A DNA stretch of 64,000 nucleotides from sequence record PQ390715.1; one strand, written 5' to 3'. The position numbers were made by a program, and so were the translations under genes. Below, piece after piece: positions 19,693 to 28,403 of this stretch. Numbering within the stretch: the first letter of the stretch is position 1; every line of letters begins with the position of its first letter. The notes below the pieces were generated by a model, which was not told the DNA's origin, did no database searches, and worked only from the letters and a program-made list of their open reading frames with translations.

Positions 19693-20226
19693 TTATTTCC
19701 TCATGTATTTTATAACGTCTTCAAATAATTGTATTTTTAAGTCCTCGTCATTTCCAGGTAAAAACTCACGAAAACTATCAAAATCTTCATTTTTTGCGAA
19801 GTTACGCATTTGTGTTGAGCTATATTGACTTACATTACGGTCAATACCTGCTTGAATTGCTTTTATACTACAAAAATTATACAACTTACCATTGTACATG
19901 TCAAGAGTTTTTTGAAAAGAATCAATACGGTCAGAACCACATATGAAAAGAACATCTAAGTACTTTCCATCCAGTTCTCTCATTATATCAAATAGATTGT
20001 CTTCTGTGTAGATGTTCTCTTGCACTGAAGGATAGAATCCCTCTGTATAATACATTTTTAGTTCAGGTGGGAGTGGGTTTTTTATATTGTCAGTACTGGT
20101 GCTTAGATATATTTTTAAATCAGCATTGTACTGTTCTTGTAATGTTTTGGCCTTTTCAAAAACTAAACCATGTCCACGATGTACGGGATTAACACGTCCA
20201 AAAGTTAATACGCATGTTTCTTTCAT
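19693..20226 (-). CDS. cytidylyltransferase-family (HxGH) nucleotidyltransferase, NMN adenylyltransferase-like
   Basis: TFGRVNPVHRGH, KNPL, CGSDR, SSTQMR. Confidence 0.8.
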   Translation of the reverse strand: MKETCVLTFGRVNPVHRGHGLVFEKAKTLQEQYNADLKIYLSTSTDNIKNPLPPELKMYYTEGFYPSVQENIYTEDNLFDIMRELDGKYLDVLFICGSDRIDSFQKTLDMYNGKLYNFCSIKAIQAGIDRNVSQYSSTQMRNFAKNEDFDSFREFLPGNDEDLKIQLFEDVIKYMRK

Positions 20227-20744
20227 AAATTCTTCATCACCAACCCAAGAGATTTAAGATAATTGATTTTAGCAGTGGTTAAGTACTTATCCAGTACTAT
20301 CAGACACGAAGGAAATGGTGCTGAATCTGTTTTCTTATCGGGTTCTTCTGGTATACCAAATCTCAATCTTCCCTTAATAAAACAAATACAATCACATATT
20401 TTAGCAGCATAATCCTGAAAAGCAATTGTATCGGTTCTTGAGGGTACAAGAATAACTACAGTTGCCCCGTTATTATATGCATCTACTGCTTTAGATAACC
20501 AAGTTTTCAAGTCACTATATGGTGGATTCAACCAAACTATATTATTTCCCCAATCCTGTGACAGTGAATCATCTTCTGGAGTGAAAAAATTATCACACAA
20601 TGCAGTTTCTTTGACACATGCTGCATCTAGTGTAAATTCCCAGAGTTCATCCAAATCTTCAAAGAAATCCTTTGGAGTTGTCCAGTTATCTTTTCCAGTA
20701 CTAAAATGTACTGAATGTTTTTTCGAAGCATCCTTCTTCGACAT
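20223..20744 (-). CDS. phage DNA N6-adenine methyltransferase (T1/lambdoid Dam-type family)
   Basis: NWTTP..FF..LD..W.FTLDA, catalytic WLNPPYS, VILVPSRTDT..F, FIKGRLRF. Confidence 0.88.
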   Translation of the reverse strand: MSKKDASKKHSVHFSTGKDNWTTPKDFFEDLDELWEFTLDAACVKETALCDNFFTPEDDSLSQDWGNNIVWLNPPYSDLKTWLSKAVDAYNNGATVVILVPSRTDTIAFQDYAAKICDCICFIKGRLRFGIPEEPDKKTDSAPFPSCLIVLDKYLTTAKINYLKSLGLVMKNL

Positions 20745-20760
20745 TATATAATTCCTTTTG

Positions 20761-21306
20761 TTAGAGACAGTTGTGTACTATCTTATCAAAAGTACTACTG
20801 TCAATGTTATATTCATATAAAAATTTAAAATGTGAACCGTAACGCATCATCAGATTAAACTCTTCTTCAGTATTGAACTTGTAATCGTGAATAGTCTCAG
20901 GGGTACATTTTAAACCTAAGAACTCTATAATTTCAGATGTTACATCATATCCTGAATTGAAGTATTTAACCCAAACACATTTTCCTTGTGGGTTGTATTT
21001 TCTATATTCTCCTTCTAGTTCTCCTTTAATAATATGAGCCTTAACACTTATTGAATTATTACTATATCTTTCTTCAAAATAATTACCATACTGGGCTTTT
21101 GATATTGTTGGTTTTTGAGTAGGAAGTAATTTAACTGAAGTTACTTCAATACCATTTTGCAATTCCTTTATATAAGAAATGCATCCTTTTTCTTTAATAA
21201 CCACATATCCAGTAAAGATATCTTCGTCTTGTGATTGATTAATACAATCATCAAAATTCAAAGTTTTATAAGTAACAGTTTTTTCTTTTCTAATAAATGC
21301 CATCAT
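20761..21306 (-). CDS. MORN-like repeat protein with C-terminal EEEFNLMMRYG motif
   Basis: GELEGEYRKYNPQG..VWVKYFNSG; start moved to MMAFIRK (AGGA SD) because the upstream track extension lies in two hairpins. Confidence 0.7.
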   Translation of the reverse strand: MMAFIRKEKTVTYKTLNFDDCINQSQDEDIFTGYVVIKEKGCISYIKELQNGIEVTSVKLLPTQKPTISKAQYGNYFEERYSNNSISVKAHIIKGELEGEYRKYNPQGKCVWVKYFNSGYDVTSEIIEFLGLKCTPETIHDYKFNTEEEFNLMMRYGSHFKFLYEYNIDSSTFDKIVHNCL

Positions 21307-21336
21307 TATTCCTATGGAAACATCAATGAATATACG

Positions 21337-21920
21337 TGACGTTGATTTCATCAACATCAGTAGAATTACCATGCTACGCATGTCTAATTCTACAAGTACT
21401 ATTTTCTTTTAATTAATATTGACGGGGTTTGCTTGAGCATATTTCATCCCCCCGCAGGGGAAAGAACAAAAAAGTTTGACGCTGGTGGCCTTCACATAGT
21501 TCATATCACGAATTCTCTTACGAGACGAAAGCGGGTTGCTCTGTTTCTCTCTATCGCGGTTCTTGTAGCAACGGTCGTCGGTCTTAAACATCCCGACACA
21601 TAATACAAATACCATATGACCAGTACTTGTATTTGATTTCACAAAATTTGGACGCAACTATATTGTATAATTCCGACCGCATATTTCTTATGAAATCTCC
21701 CTTAGATAATTGGTAAGGTGCGATCCTTATATGTCTATCGAGGAACTCTCTTTATCCTATTGGAGTTCTTTATACAGCCGCATTGCCGTGAGTGGTTCAA
21801 ACTATGCCATCATCTAACGGGTTTCATCTGCTGTTCGTACTGAAAGGACTACTCATCTACCCTCTACATTTTCGAGTGGATTAGGCTTTTAATCATTTCC
21901 TTATGGGAACCTTTCAGGAT
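21337..21920 (-). ncRNA. candidate large structured non-coding RNA (about 585 nt)
   Basis: Largest gene-free stretch; locally GC-richer; at least 10 hairpins, with G-U pairs and a GTAA tetraloop favouring the minus strand. Confidence 0.5.
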
Positions 21921-21922
21921 TA

Positions 21923-21958
21923 AAAAAAAGGTGACTAACATATTATGTTGTCACCTTA
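21923..21958 (-). terminator. Rho-independent terminator
   Basis: Minus strand AAGGTGACAACATAATATGTTAGTCACCTTTTTTTT. Confidence 0.8.
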
Positions 21959-21985
21959 TATTATATCATTAACTTATCATTTGTC

Positions 21986-22873
21986 TCAGTTATATTCGGT
22001 TTTTTCTGTGAAATTTGTTAGTATATCAACACTAAAACTTCGAATAACCTCAATCTTGCTTGGCATGAAACGGTGTTTATTTTTAATATACAACTCATCA
22101 TCTTCAATAAAAGATGTAAAAATGAATGCCATATCTTCACGTGGAATTTGTAAAATATCACACATTTCATTTGCCGATGCTACTGGTGAATCATTATAGT
22201 ACTGAGAGTATGCACTAGATTGGCGACCGATTATAATAGAATTTCTGATTAGAAAATTACTACAGTACTGAAAATCTTTGTAGTACTTTTCAATAATGTA
22301 CGGCATAAGTGCTTCTTTCACGTCTTCATACCCATTAGTACTATCAATTGCTATACAGTAATCTTCACGTTCTTTTTTCTCATGATGGTAATCATAAACA
22401 TACTCAAAGAATAAATTTTCATTTAATGAATCATTTAAACCAACTGATCCACTATAGTATGATTTTCTATCATTCATTCGATCATCTGGGCATGATGCAT
22501 ACATAGAAGTGTCATGTGATGATGTACCAATATAAATTTTCTTAGTAATATGATTATATGCTATGTAATCATAATCTTGAACTCCAGTTAGCATTAACTG
22601 GAACATTAAATCATCAGGAACATCAATTAACGGGTACTCAAACTTCGAATATCTACTGCGGCAGAAGTTCTTTTCAAATGCTCGGTATGTGATAAAATCT
22701 TTTAGATTTTTACAAGATTCATGTTCATGAGCATTACTGATACGTACATTGACATTAGTCGATGTGCAATATCCATCCGAATCTTCGGTGAAGTTACCAG
22801 CATAATCCTTATTGTAGTCAACGATTAGATAAAGTTTCATACATCTCCAGACAAAAAAAGGACGAGATAACAA
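21986..22873 (-). CDS. hypothetical protein with family A-like motif (likely start MKLYLIV)
   Basis: VPDDLMFQLMLTG. Confidence 0.75.
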   Translation of the reverse strand: MLSRPFFVWRCMKLYLIVDYNKDYAGNFTEDSDGYCTSTNVNVRISNAHEHESCKNLKDFITYRAFEKNFCRSRYSKFEYPLIDVPDDLMFQLMLTGVQDYDYIAYNHITKKIYIGTSSHDTSMYASCPDDRMNDRKSYYSGSVGLNDSLNENLFFEYVYDYHHEKKEREDYCIAIDSTNGYEDVKEALMPYIIEKYYKDFQYCSNFLIRNSIIIGRQSSAYSQYYNDSPVASANEMCDILQIPREDMAFIFTSFIEDDELYIKNKHRFMPSKIEVIRSFSVDILTNFTEKTEYN

Positions 22874-22885
22874 ATCCCGTCCTTT
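22854..22885 (-). terminator. Rho-independent terminator
   Basis: Minus strand AAAGGACGGGATTTGTTATCTCGTCCTTTTTTT. Confidence 0.8.
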
Positions 22886-22891
22886 GGTTTA

Positions 22892-23197
22892 TTAGTGACT
22901 TGCCCAGCAGTAAACAGGACGTAGATTTTCCATTGGATTTACTTCAGGCTTCAGTACTGTTACACGTACTTCATATGGAGTTCCATCTGCATGATGGAAT
23001 GTTTCATAATGAATACTTTCAATAAATGTTTCGTATTCTTCTTGTGAACGTGAACGTACTGCTGATGAATATTTCTTCTTAGAATCTGCTTTAAGTGTAA
23101 CACTGACTAGTTCTGATTCCTCACCTTCTTCAAGTTTGTTGAAATCGAACTCTGGTACACCTTCAAACATATCAAATTTCATTCCATTGTCTTCCAT
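22892..23197 (-). CDS. acidic hypothetical protein
   Basis: 101 aa; AAGGA SD. Confidence 0.7.
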   Translation of the reverse strand: MEDNGMKFDMFEGVPEFDFNKLEEGEESELVSVTLKADSKKKYSSAVRSRSQEEYETFIESIHYETFHHADGTPYEVRVTVLKPEVNPMENLRPVYCWASH

Positions 23198-23246
23198 TTT
23201 TAAATTCCTTTTATATAATGTTAATTAGATATTTTTAATAAGCAGA

Positions 23247-23633
23247 TTAGATTGTGTCATACTGTAGTGTTCCGTGACGGAATTTTTCAAGTCGTGCTAG
23301 GACTTCTTTTCGTTCGACAATTTCTGGAACATCTTCTTGTAGTTGATCACAAACTTCAACAATGAAGTCCCAATCACTCTCACAACTTTGTCGTACCGCC
23401 TCAATTGTTTTCCAATCAGTACTGATATCACCATCAGCATTTTGATATACAGGCCAAACTTTTCCATAATCAGCAATGGATTTGTCATTTAGAATACGAA
23501 TGGCATTGAAAATCTGACCAGTACTGAAGTGTTTTGTATTCTTCATATCTTCTAAACAGCATAGCTTTGGCTCACCTTTTACTTCAATGAGTAAAACACC
23601 ACCAATTGCTTTTAGGATTGAACTTGTATTCAT
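23247..23633 (-). CDS. hypothetical protein
   Basis: 128 aa; GGAG SD. Confidence 0.75.
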   Translation of the reverse strand: MNTSSILKAIGGVLLIEVKGEPKLCCLEDMKNTKHFSTGQIFNAIRILNDKSIADYGKVWPVYQNADGDISTDWKTIEAVRQSCESDWDFIVEVCDQLQEDVPEIVERKEVLARLEKFRHGTLQYDTI

Positions 23634-23649
23634 CTATATCTCCGTTATC

Positions 23650-23696
23650 AAAAAAAGATGTGAACATTATATCACAAGAATCTAATATGTTCACAT
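23650..23696 (-). terminator. terminator hairpin containing an extended -10 promoter
   Basis: 10-bp stem ATGTGAACAT/ATGTTCACAT + T7; TG-A-TATAAT at the base of the right arm. Confidence 0.7.
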
Positions 23697-23704
23697 TATT
23701 TTCA

Positions 23705-23998
23705 TTAGATTTTAATAATATTGTACCAGTTATCAAAATCCTCGATTGCTAGAATGAACATATTTTCATCATTGAAATCTAAAATATGTTCATTGTATAG
23801 GTAACTAATGTACTTGTTTTTGCATAGTCTAGCATTCATTAGTAACATTTCTACTGCACGTTCATAAGAACAAGGAACAAGGTATAACTTAGTACCATCT
23901 TGGTGAATAATTTCCTCAGCACCATGTGGTATAAAACGTTCTGCTGTATGTGGAATATACGGCTTAGTTTTAAAAATAATTTTGAATTTAGTATCCAT
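23705..23998 (-). CDS. hypothetical protein
   Basis: 97 aa; GGAGG SD. Confidence 0.7.
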   Translation of the reverse strand: MDTKFKIIFKTKPYIPHTAERFIPHGAEEIIHQDGTKLYLVPCSYERAVEMLLMNARLCKNKYISYLYNEHILDFNDENMFILAIEDFDNWYNIIKI

Positions 23999-24014
23999 AC
24001 CAAATCCTCCAGAT

Positions 24015-24860
24015 TTATAATGTTTCTTTTATGTTATGTAACATAGTATTAACTATGCACATCTTACCACCTAACTTGTAGTAATATTCTAACTTATTAA
24101 TAATATTACTTTTTAATATATCAAATATTTGATATTCATTTGGATCGAAACTAAGTTCGAATTGGAATGTATATAAATTGTTAAAGAGGTGAACTAATGA
24201 TGCATCTGGTGATTCCATTGTAACTGTATATTTTTCACGATAACCAGTACTAATCACTACTTCGGATATATCACCTTTCATGTATATGTCAATATTGTAC
24301 ATCATTGGTCTGCCTGTGGCAATATCTTTCATGCGAAAGAATGCAGTACTACGATATACAATGCCTTCTGAAACCTGTTCTTGTATAGTGATATTTGAAA
24401 CTTCACTCTCTTGGAATTTGGACTCGAATGAATGAGTGTAATTTGTTTTTTCATTATCCGTGTGCATAGTACATGTGTATTTTCCAAAATCATCTCTAGA
24501 TGTATATGATTTATCACTGCTAGTTTTATAGAACGAAACACCATTGATATGTTGTTCTTTATACATCATCGTGTCATGTGATTTGTAGTATGAACAATTA
24601 GGTGTTGCAAGAGATTCAAACTTGTTCACATCATGACAGTAATAAATAGAAGAATCGCTATACATTACTACATCACGAATTGCAACTTCTTTTGAAGTAC
24701 CTTTTTTGACAGAAATTTGAAAGTCATTGCATGGGAAGATTCTATATCCATCGTATGTATCTGATGTACTGATACCAAATGGTGTTGGGGAATTCAGAAA
24801 TTCGTTGATATGTTCAAGTACTGAATACTTTTTGAAATTACGAAAATCTGTTGTATCCAT
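24015..24860 (-). CDS. hypothetical protein
   Basis: 281 aa; AGGAG SD; N-terminus MDTTDF resembles MDTKF of the next gene. Confidence 0.75.
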   Translation of the reverse strand: MDTTDFRNFKKYSVLEHINEFLNSPTPFGISTSDTYDGYRIFPCNDFQISVKKGTSKEVAIRDVVMYSDSSIYYCHDVNKFESLATPNCSYYKSHDTMMYKEQHINGVSFYKTSSDKSYTSRDDFGKYTCTMHTDNEKTNYTHSFESKFQESEVSNITIQEQVSEGIVYRSTAFFRMKDIATGRPMMYNIDIYMKGDISEVVISTGYREKYTVTMESPDASLVHLFNNLYTFQFELSFDPNEYQIFDILKSNIINKLEYYYKLGGKMCIVNTMLHNIKETL

Positions 24861-24893
24861 AGTAATACAATCTCCTAAATTTCGGACAAAAAA

Positions 24894-25025
24894 TTAGTCG
24901 AGAATAAATCTCGACTTGTGTTTTACTTTACCATTCTTCATTGCTTTTTTACGGTCCACATGTGTCTGAGGCTTGTTAAACTCATTCATGTGTTTCTGCA
25001 CGAAATTGTTTACTTTCTTAGCCAT
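24894..25025 (-). CDS. small basic protein (43 aa, below track cutoff)
   Basis: MAKKVNNFVQKHMNEFNKPQTHVDRKKAMKNGKVKHKSRFILD; GGAG SD; its stop overlaps the terminator hairpin AGTCGAG/CTCGACT + T-run. Confidence 0.7.
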   Translation of the reverse strand: MAKKVNNFVQKHMNEFNKPQTHVDRKKAMKNGKVKHKSRFILD

Positions 25026-25027
25026 AC

Positions 25028-25501
25028 TTACTCCAAACTGGGATCTTTAACTGTTAGACTTTCTATGTCACTCGCATAAAGAACTACATTGGATTGATTT
25101 TCAGACACTTTAAAGTCGTGATAACTGTCTTTGACGATAAAATTATCTAATATAAACCCTTTACTACAGCACATCATAATTTTATCATCTTTGATTGTGT
25201 AGGTGTTTTTCTTTTTACGTACTTCAGATTGTGGCGTAATACTATCGTTATTACGAATAACACAATCAATATATTGTTCATTTGTACTCATAGGCATACC
25301 CATGATAAACGAGTTTTCAGTACTGATTGTTAGTATAAAAACGTTAGTATTTGGGTTGTGAAAAAAATCATGCATTGTCTTGCTACACAAAAATAGACAT
25401 TGAATAATGTCCTTCACATTAAACATTATATCATGAACTTTGAATGCGTCCAACTCTAAAATGTCATCAATTTTCCCATTTTCAACAGTTTTAATCTCCA
25501 T
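25028..25501 (-). CDS. hypothetical protein
   Basis: 157 aa. Confidence 0.7.
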   Translation of the reverse strand: MEIKTVENGKIDDILELDAFKVHDIMFNVKDIIQCLFLCSKTMHDFFHNPNTNVFILTISTENSFIMGMPMSTNEQYIDCVIRNNDSITPQSEVRKKKNTYTIKDDKIMMCCSKGFILDNFIVKDSYHDFKVSENQSNVVLYASDIESLTVKDPSLE

Positions 25502-25543
25502 GATCTATCCTTGATCTTCTAATGCACTCCATGTGCGTTTTTA

Positions 25544-26041
25544 TTAAGTCACTGCATTATACTTCTCTATAGCATTAGTAATATTTAATATAGCTTCAGG
25601 AACCATTTCTTTATTGTATTCACGTTTTAAATTTTCCATTTTCTTAATAATTTCCAAGAAAAATGGCAAAATACATGAAGTATCTGTAAAATTACATGAG
25701 TACAAAGTACTCATTTGAAATAATTCACCTGAATCAATATTAAGAGTATTGTATTCCTTAACAATGTTTTCGTTTGAATTGAAAATGTGAAATACTGTTC
25801 CCATGTGATGAAGATATACACCATTCTCATTTTGAATATGGCATGGTGTGATTACAATAGCAGTGTTGTCAATATTATTTACTATTGATAAACGTAGACT
25901 ATGTAAACCTAAAATAACAGTACAATCACTTGAACTGCTTTGAATTTGGTCAGCAGTTTGTGTAACACTTGTAATATTTTCCCCATCAAGACAACTCTTG
26001 ATTTTATCAAATGAATTTTTCATTGATTTAGTTAGATACAT
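25544..26041 (-). CDS. family A paralogue
   Basis: DSGELFQMSTLY. Confidence 0.75.
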   Translation of the reverse strand: MYLTKSMKNSFDKIKSCLDGENITSVTQTADQIQSSSSDCTVILGLHSLRLSIVNNIDNTAIVITPCHIQNENGVYLHHMGTVFHIFNSNENIVKEYNTLNIDSGELFQMSTLYSCNFTDTSCILPFFLEIIKKMENLKREYNKEMVPEAILNITNAIEKYNAVT

Positions 26042-26445
26042 TTATGAACACCTTCGAAATATTTGATTAATGATTTTATCATATCGCTACTAATGCCATG
26101 TAAGTCAACACCTAAACACTCGTATTGAAAAAAATCAATATCCTCCAGTGTGTTTAGATCAATTTCCACCTTATCATGACCCAACGAATTCATAATAACG
26201 TTTTTATCATTAATTGTCAAGAAAGTTTTTTTATTTGAACCTAAAAAGATTTTTACATGTTTTTTTGGCATTACATCATAAGATAAAGATTGTGAACCAT
26301 AAATGTATATGCCTTCCATTGAACCAATATCTATAAAATATAGACGAATCCCTTTGTGGTATTTTGACTCCTTAGTCATCGCCTCTATTAGTTCATCTGT
26401 GGTTGTTAACCTTGTTTCTTTCTTCTCTAAATTGCTCAAATGCAT
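26032..26445 (-). CDS. family A paralogue
   Basis: EDIDFFQYECLG. Confidence 0.7.
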   Translation of the reverse strand: MHLSNLEKKETRLTTTDELIEAMTKESKYHKGIRLYFIDIGSMEGIYIYGSQSLSYDVMPKKHVKIFLGSNKKTFLTINDKNVIMNSLGHDKVEIDLNTLEDIDFFQYECLGVDLHGISSDMIKSLIKYFEGVHKCI

Positions 26446-26866
26446 AAAATAATACCTTGATCATTTGTAATGTTTCTGACATTACATCAGCAGAAAATTG
26501 AACATCAGTGTATTTTACCATAGTACTTTGAGTAAAGAAAGTAGCTTCAATATCTTCAAGGTCAAATGGCTCATCAAATAAATTAGTACTGAACATATCA
26601 GTTTTTTTCTTATAAGTCAACATAAACTTAGCACTGTATCTCAATACAATTTCATCTTTACTTACTAAAATTCGTGCAATGTTCTGTCTACCCAGTGTTG
26701 TAATGTTAACATTAAACGTATTCTTTCGTGCCTCAACAATATCAACGAAATAACCATCACCTTGGTAAACGTTATGACGAACTTCTAATCCTTGTTGAAC
26801 TGTATTGAACAGTGCGTCCTGGATAAAATAATTTGCAGTATCGATGTTTCCTAAAATATCTAACAT
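26393..26866 (-). CDS. family A paralogue (divergent)
   Basis: IEATFFTQSTMV. Confidence 0.7.
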   Translation of the reverse strand: MLDILGNIDTANYFIQDALFNTVQQGLEVRHNVYQGDGYFVDIVEARKNTFNVNITTLGRQNIARILVSKDEIVLRYSAKFMLTYKKKTDMFSTNLFDEPFDLEDIEATFFTQSTMVKYTDVQFSADVMSETLQMIKVLFYAFEQFREERNKVNNHR

Positions 26867-27396
26867 AACTTCTCCTTTATAGCTGTCATATTTAGAAGAA
26901 ATTCAGTAAGCAATTCCTCCGTAACATGCTCTGTATACCAGAATATCACAATATCTTTTGAAAGTCGTGTATTCATAAAAATATCTACTAACTCTTTGTA
27001 GAACTCTAGTGTTTCGAGATTTGTGAGAATTAACGAGTACTGAAAGAGTAATTCTTCCGTTAGATTAAATTCTGGATAAAGTAAATCATTGAACTCATGT
27101 GATGCAGTTTGAACTTTAATTTCTTTGAAGTTATTGGTTATACAACCGGAATAAATATTTCTGTGCAACTCTCTGTACAACGCAGCATAATCTATGAATT
27201 TTGCTTTAGGGTTAAAATCAAGAACACTTTCACCTTTATATGACAATCGGTGGAACGCCGAGAACATAGTCACTTCCCACGGTTGCTTAATATCTAGCTC
27301 AGTGATATCAATATTATTGGACAGAAGAACCGTAAAAATCTCACCAATCTTTAATAGTAATTTTGTACGTGCCAGTGCTACCATCGGTTCAGACAT
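26860..27396 (-). CDS. family A paralogue
   Basis: TEELLFQYSLIL. Confidence 0.75.
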   Translation of the reverse strand: MSEPMVALARTKLLLKIGEIFTVLLSNNIDITELDIKQPWEVTMFSAFHRLSYKGESVLDFNPKAKFIDYAALYRELHRNIYSGCITNNFKEIKVQTASHEFNDLLYPEFNLTEELLFQYSLILTNLETLEFYKELVDIFMNTRLSKDIVIFWYTEHVTEELLTEFLLNMTAIKEKLC

Positions 27397-27809
27397 TATA
27401 CACCTTCATATTCATCAAGAAAATCTTCGATAATCATTTCAGCTTCATCCATATGCATAGCATCAACTTCAATGATGCGAACTTTAGATGCATCCCAAAT
27501 CATAAAGCTAGGAACATTGTCTGGCTCGTAATCATTTTTGTACTGAACAGCATCATAACCTTGAGCAGTGCAATTCTCAATAAGTGAACGCCACTCATCA
27601 TCACTGCCTAAATCTTCACACAGAAGCACGTTATCAACATCAACTTCTAAGGTATGCAAGTATACTGTACATGCGTCTACTACGTTCAGTGGGCTTCTCA
27701 GCTTGCGTAATGCAGCTTCCAAAGCACTGTGTTTACCTCCCATATGAAGACCACCATACGGGATATAAAAGTTATCAATTTTTACAGTACTCGCATGATA
27801 CAGTTTCAT
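27396..27809 (-). CDS. ADP-ribosyltransferase-fold protein (ART-PolyVal-like)
   Basis: LYHAS...GGLHMG...VYLHTLEV...GYDAVQYKNDYE...SFMIWDASKV, matching the YHGT/GYDxIxYxNxxE pattern. Confidence 0.6.
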   Translation of the reverse strand: MKLYHASTVKIDNFYIPYGGLHMGGKHSALEAALRKLRSPLNVVDACTVYLHTLEVDVDNVLLCEDLGSDDEWRSLIENCTAQGYDAVQYKNDYEPDNVPSFMIWDASKVRIIEVDAMHMDEAEMIIEDFLDEYEGV

Positions 27810-27818
27810 ATTTCATTC

Positions 27819-28403
27819 CTATTTCAGTACTTTAGTCAATGCTTTCACAGCGGTTTCGAGTTGAGCATAGTCGTTAATTGTAAGGTAATGAATACCATGT
27901 GCCTTCATTTCAGCATCTATTTTACTATATAAATCAAACATGTCAAGGATATGATTGTATGCATATGAAGTATTTGAAACACACAATTCTTGGAACAAAC
28001 GTTCTTCCAAGTCATTCACAACTTCTCCATGAATGTCAAGTACTACACCATCTTTGTAAGTGTAGTACTCTTCACTCCACTCTTCAGAAAGTCGGAACAG
28101 TAACGGATTCCCGCCGAACACTTCCATGTCATAGGAATTTATCTCACTAAGTAGTGTTTCACCTGGTTCTGGTGTGAAGTCAAAATATGCGAGTGTTGTA
28201 CCATCATAGTCCTTGAGTGATATACCAGTATGATTTAAGGTTACTTCACCATAATTATTATTCTTGAACTTGATTTTGATATTAATCTCAATGTATTTTA
28301 TTGTCTCATCATCACTGAAATTGTAATCAACTTTATACTTTTTCCAAAGAAGTTTGATATCTTTGAAGTACTTTAATTTACTTTCAATTTCTTTAAAGTC
28401 CAT
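27819..28403 (-). CDS. family A paralogue
   Basis: LEERLFQELCVS. Confidence 0.72.
   Translation of the reverse strand: MDFKEIESKLKYFKDIKLLWKKYKVDYNFSDDETIKYIEINIKIKFKNNNYGEVTLNHTGISLKDYDGTTLAYFDFTPEPGETLLSEINSYDMEVFGGNPLLFRLSEEWSEEYYTYKDGVVLDIHGEVVNDLEERLFQELCVSNTSYAYNHILDMFDLYSKIDAEMKAHGIHYLTINDYAQLETAVKALTKVLK

Noticed and set aside
21409-21657. 82-aa minus-strand ORF inside the 21.3-21.9-kb gap
   Set aside because: Non-ATG start, no clear SD, and it runs through the hairpins; more likely a chance frame in a structured non-coding element. Not fully excluded.
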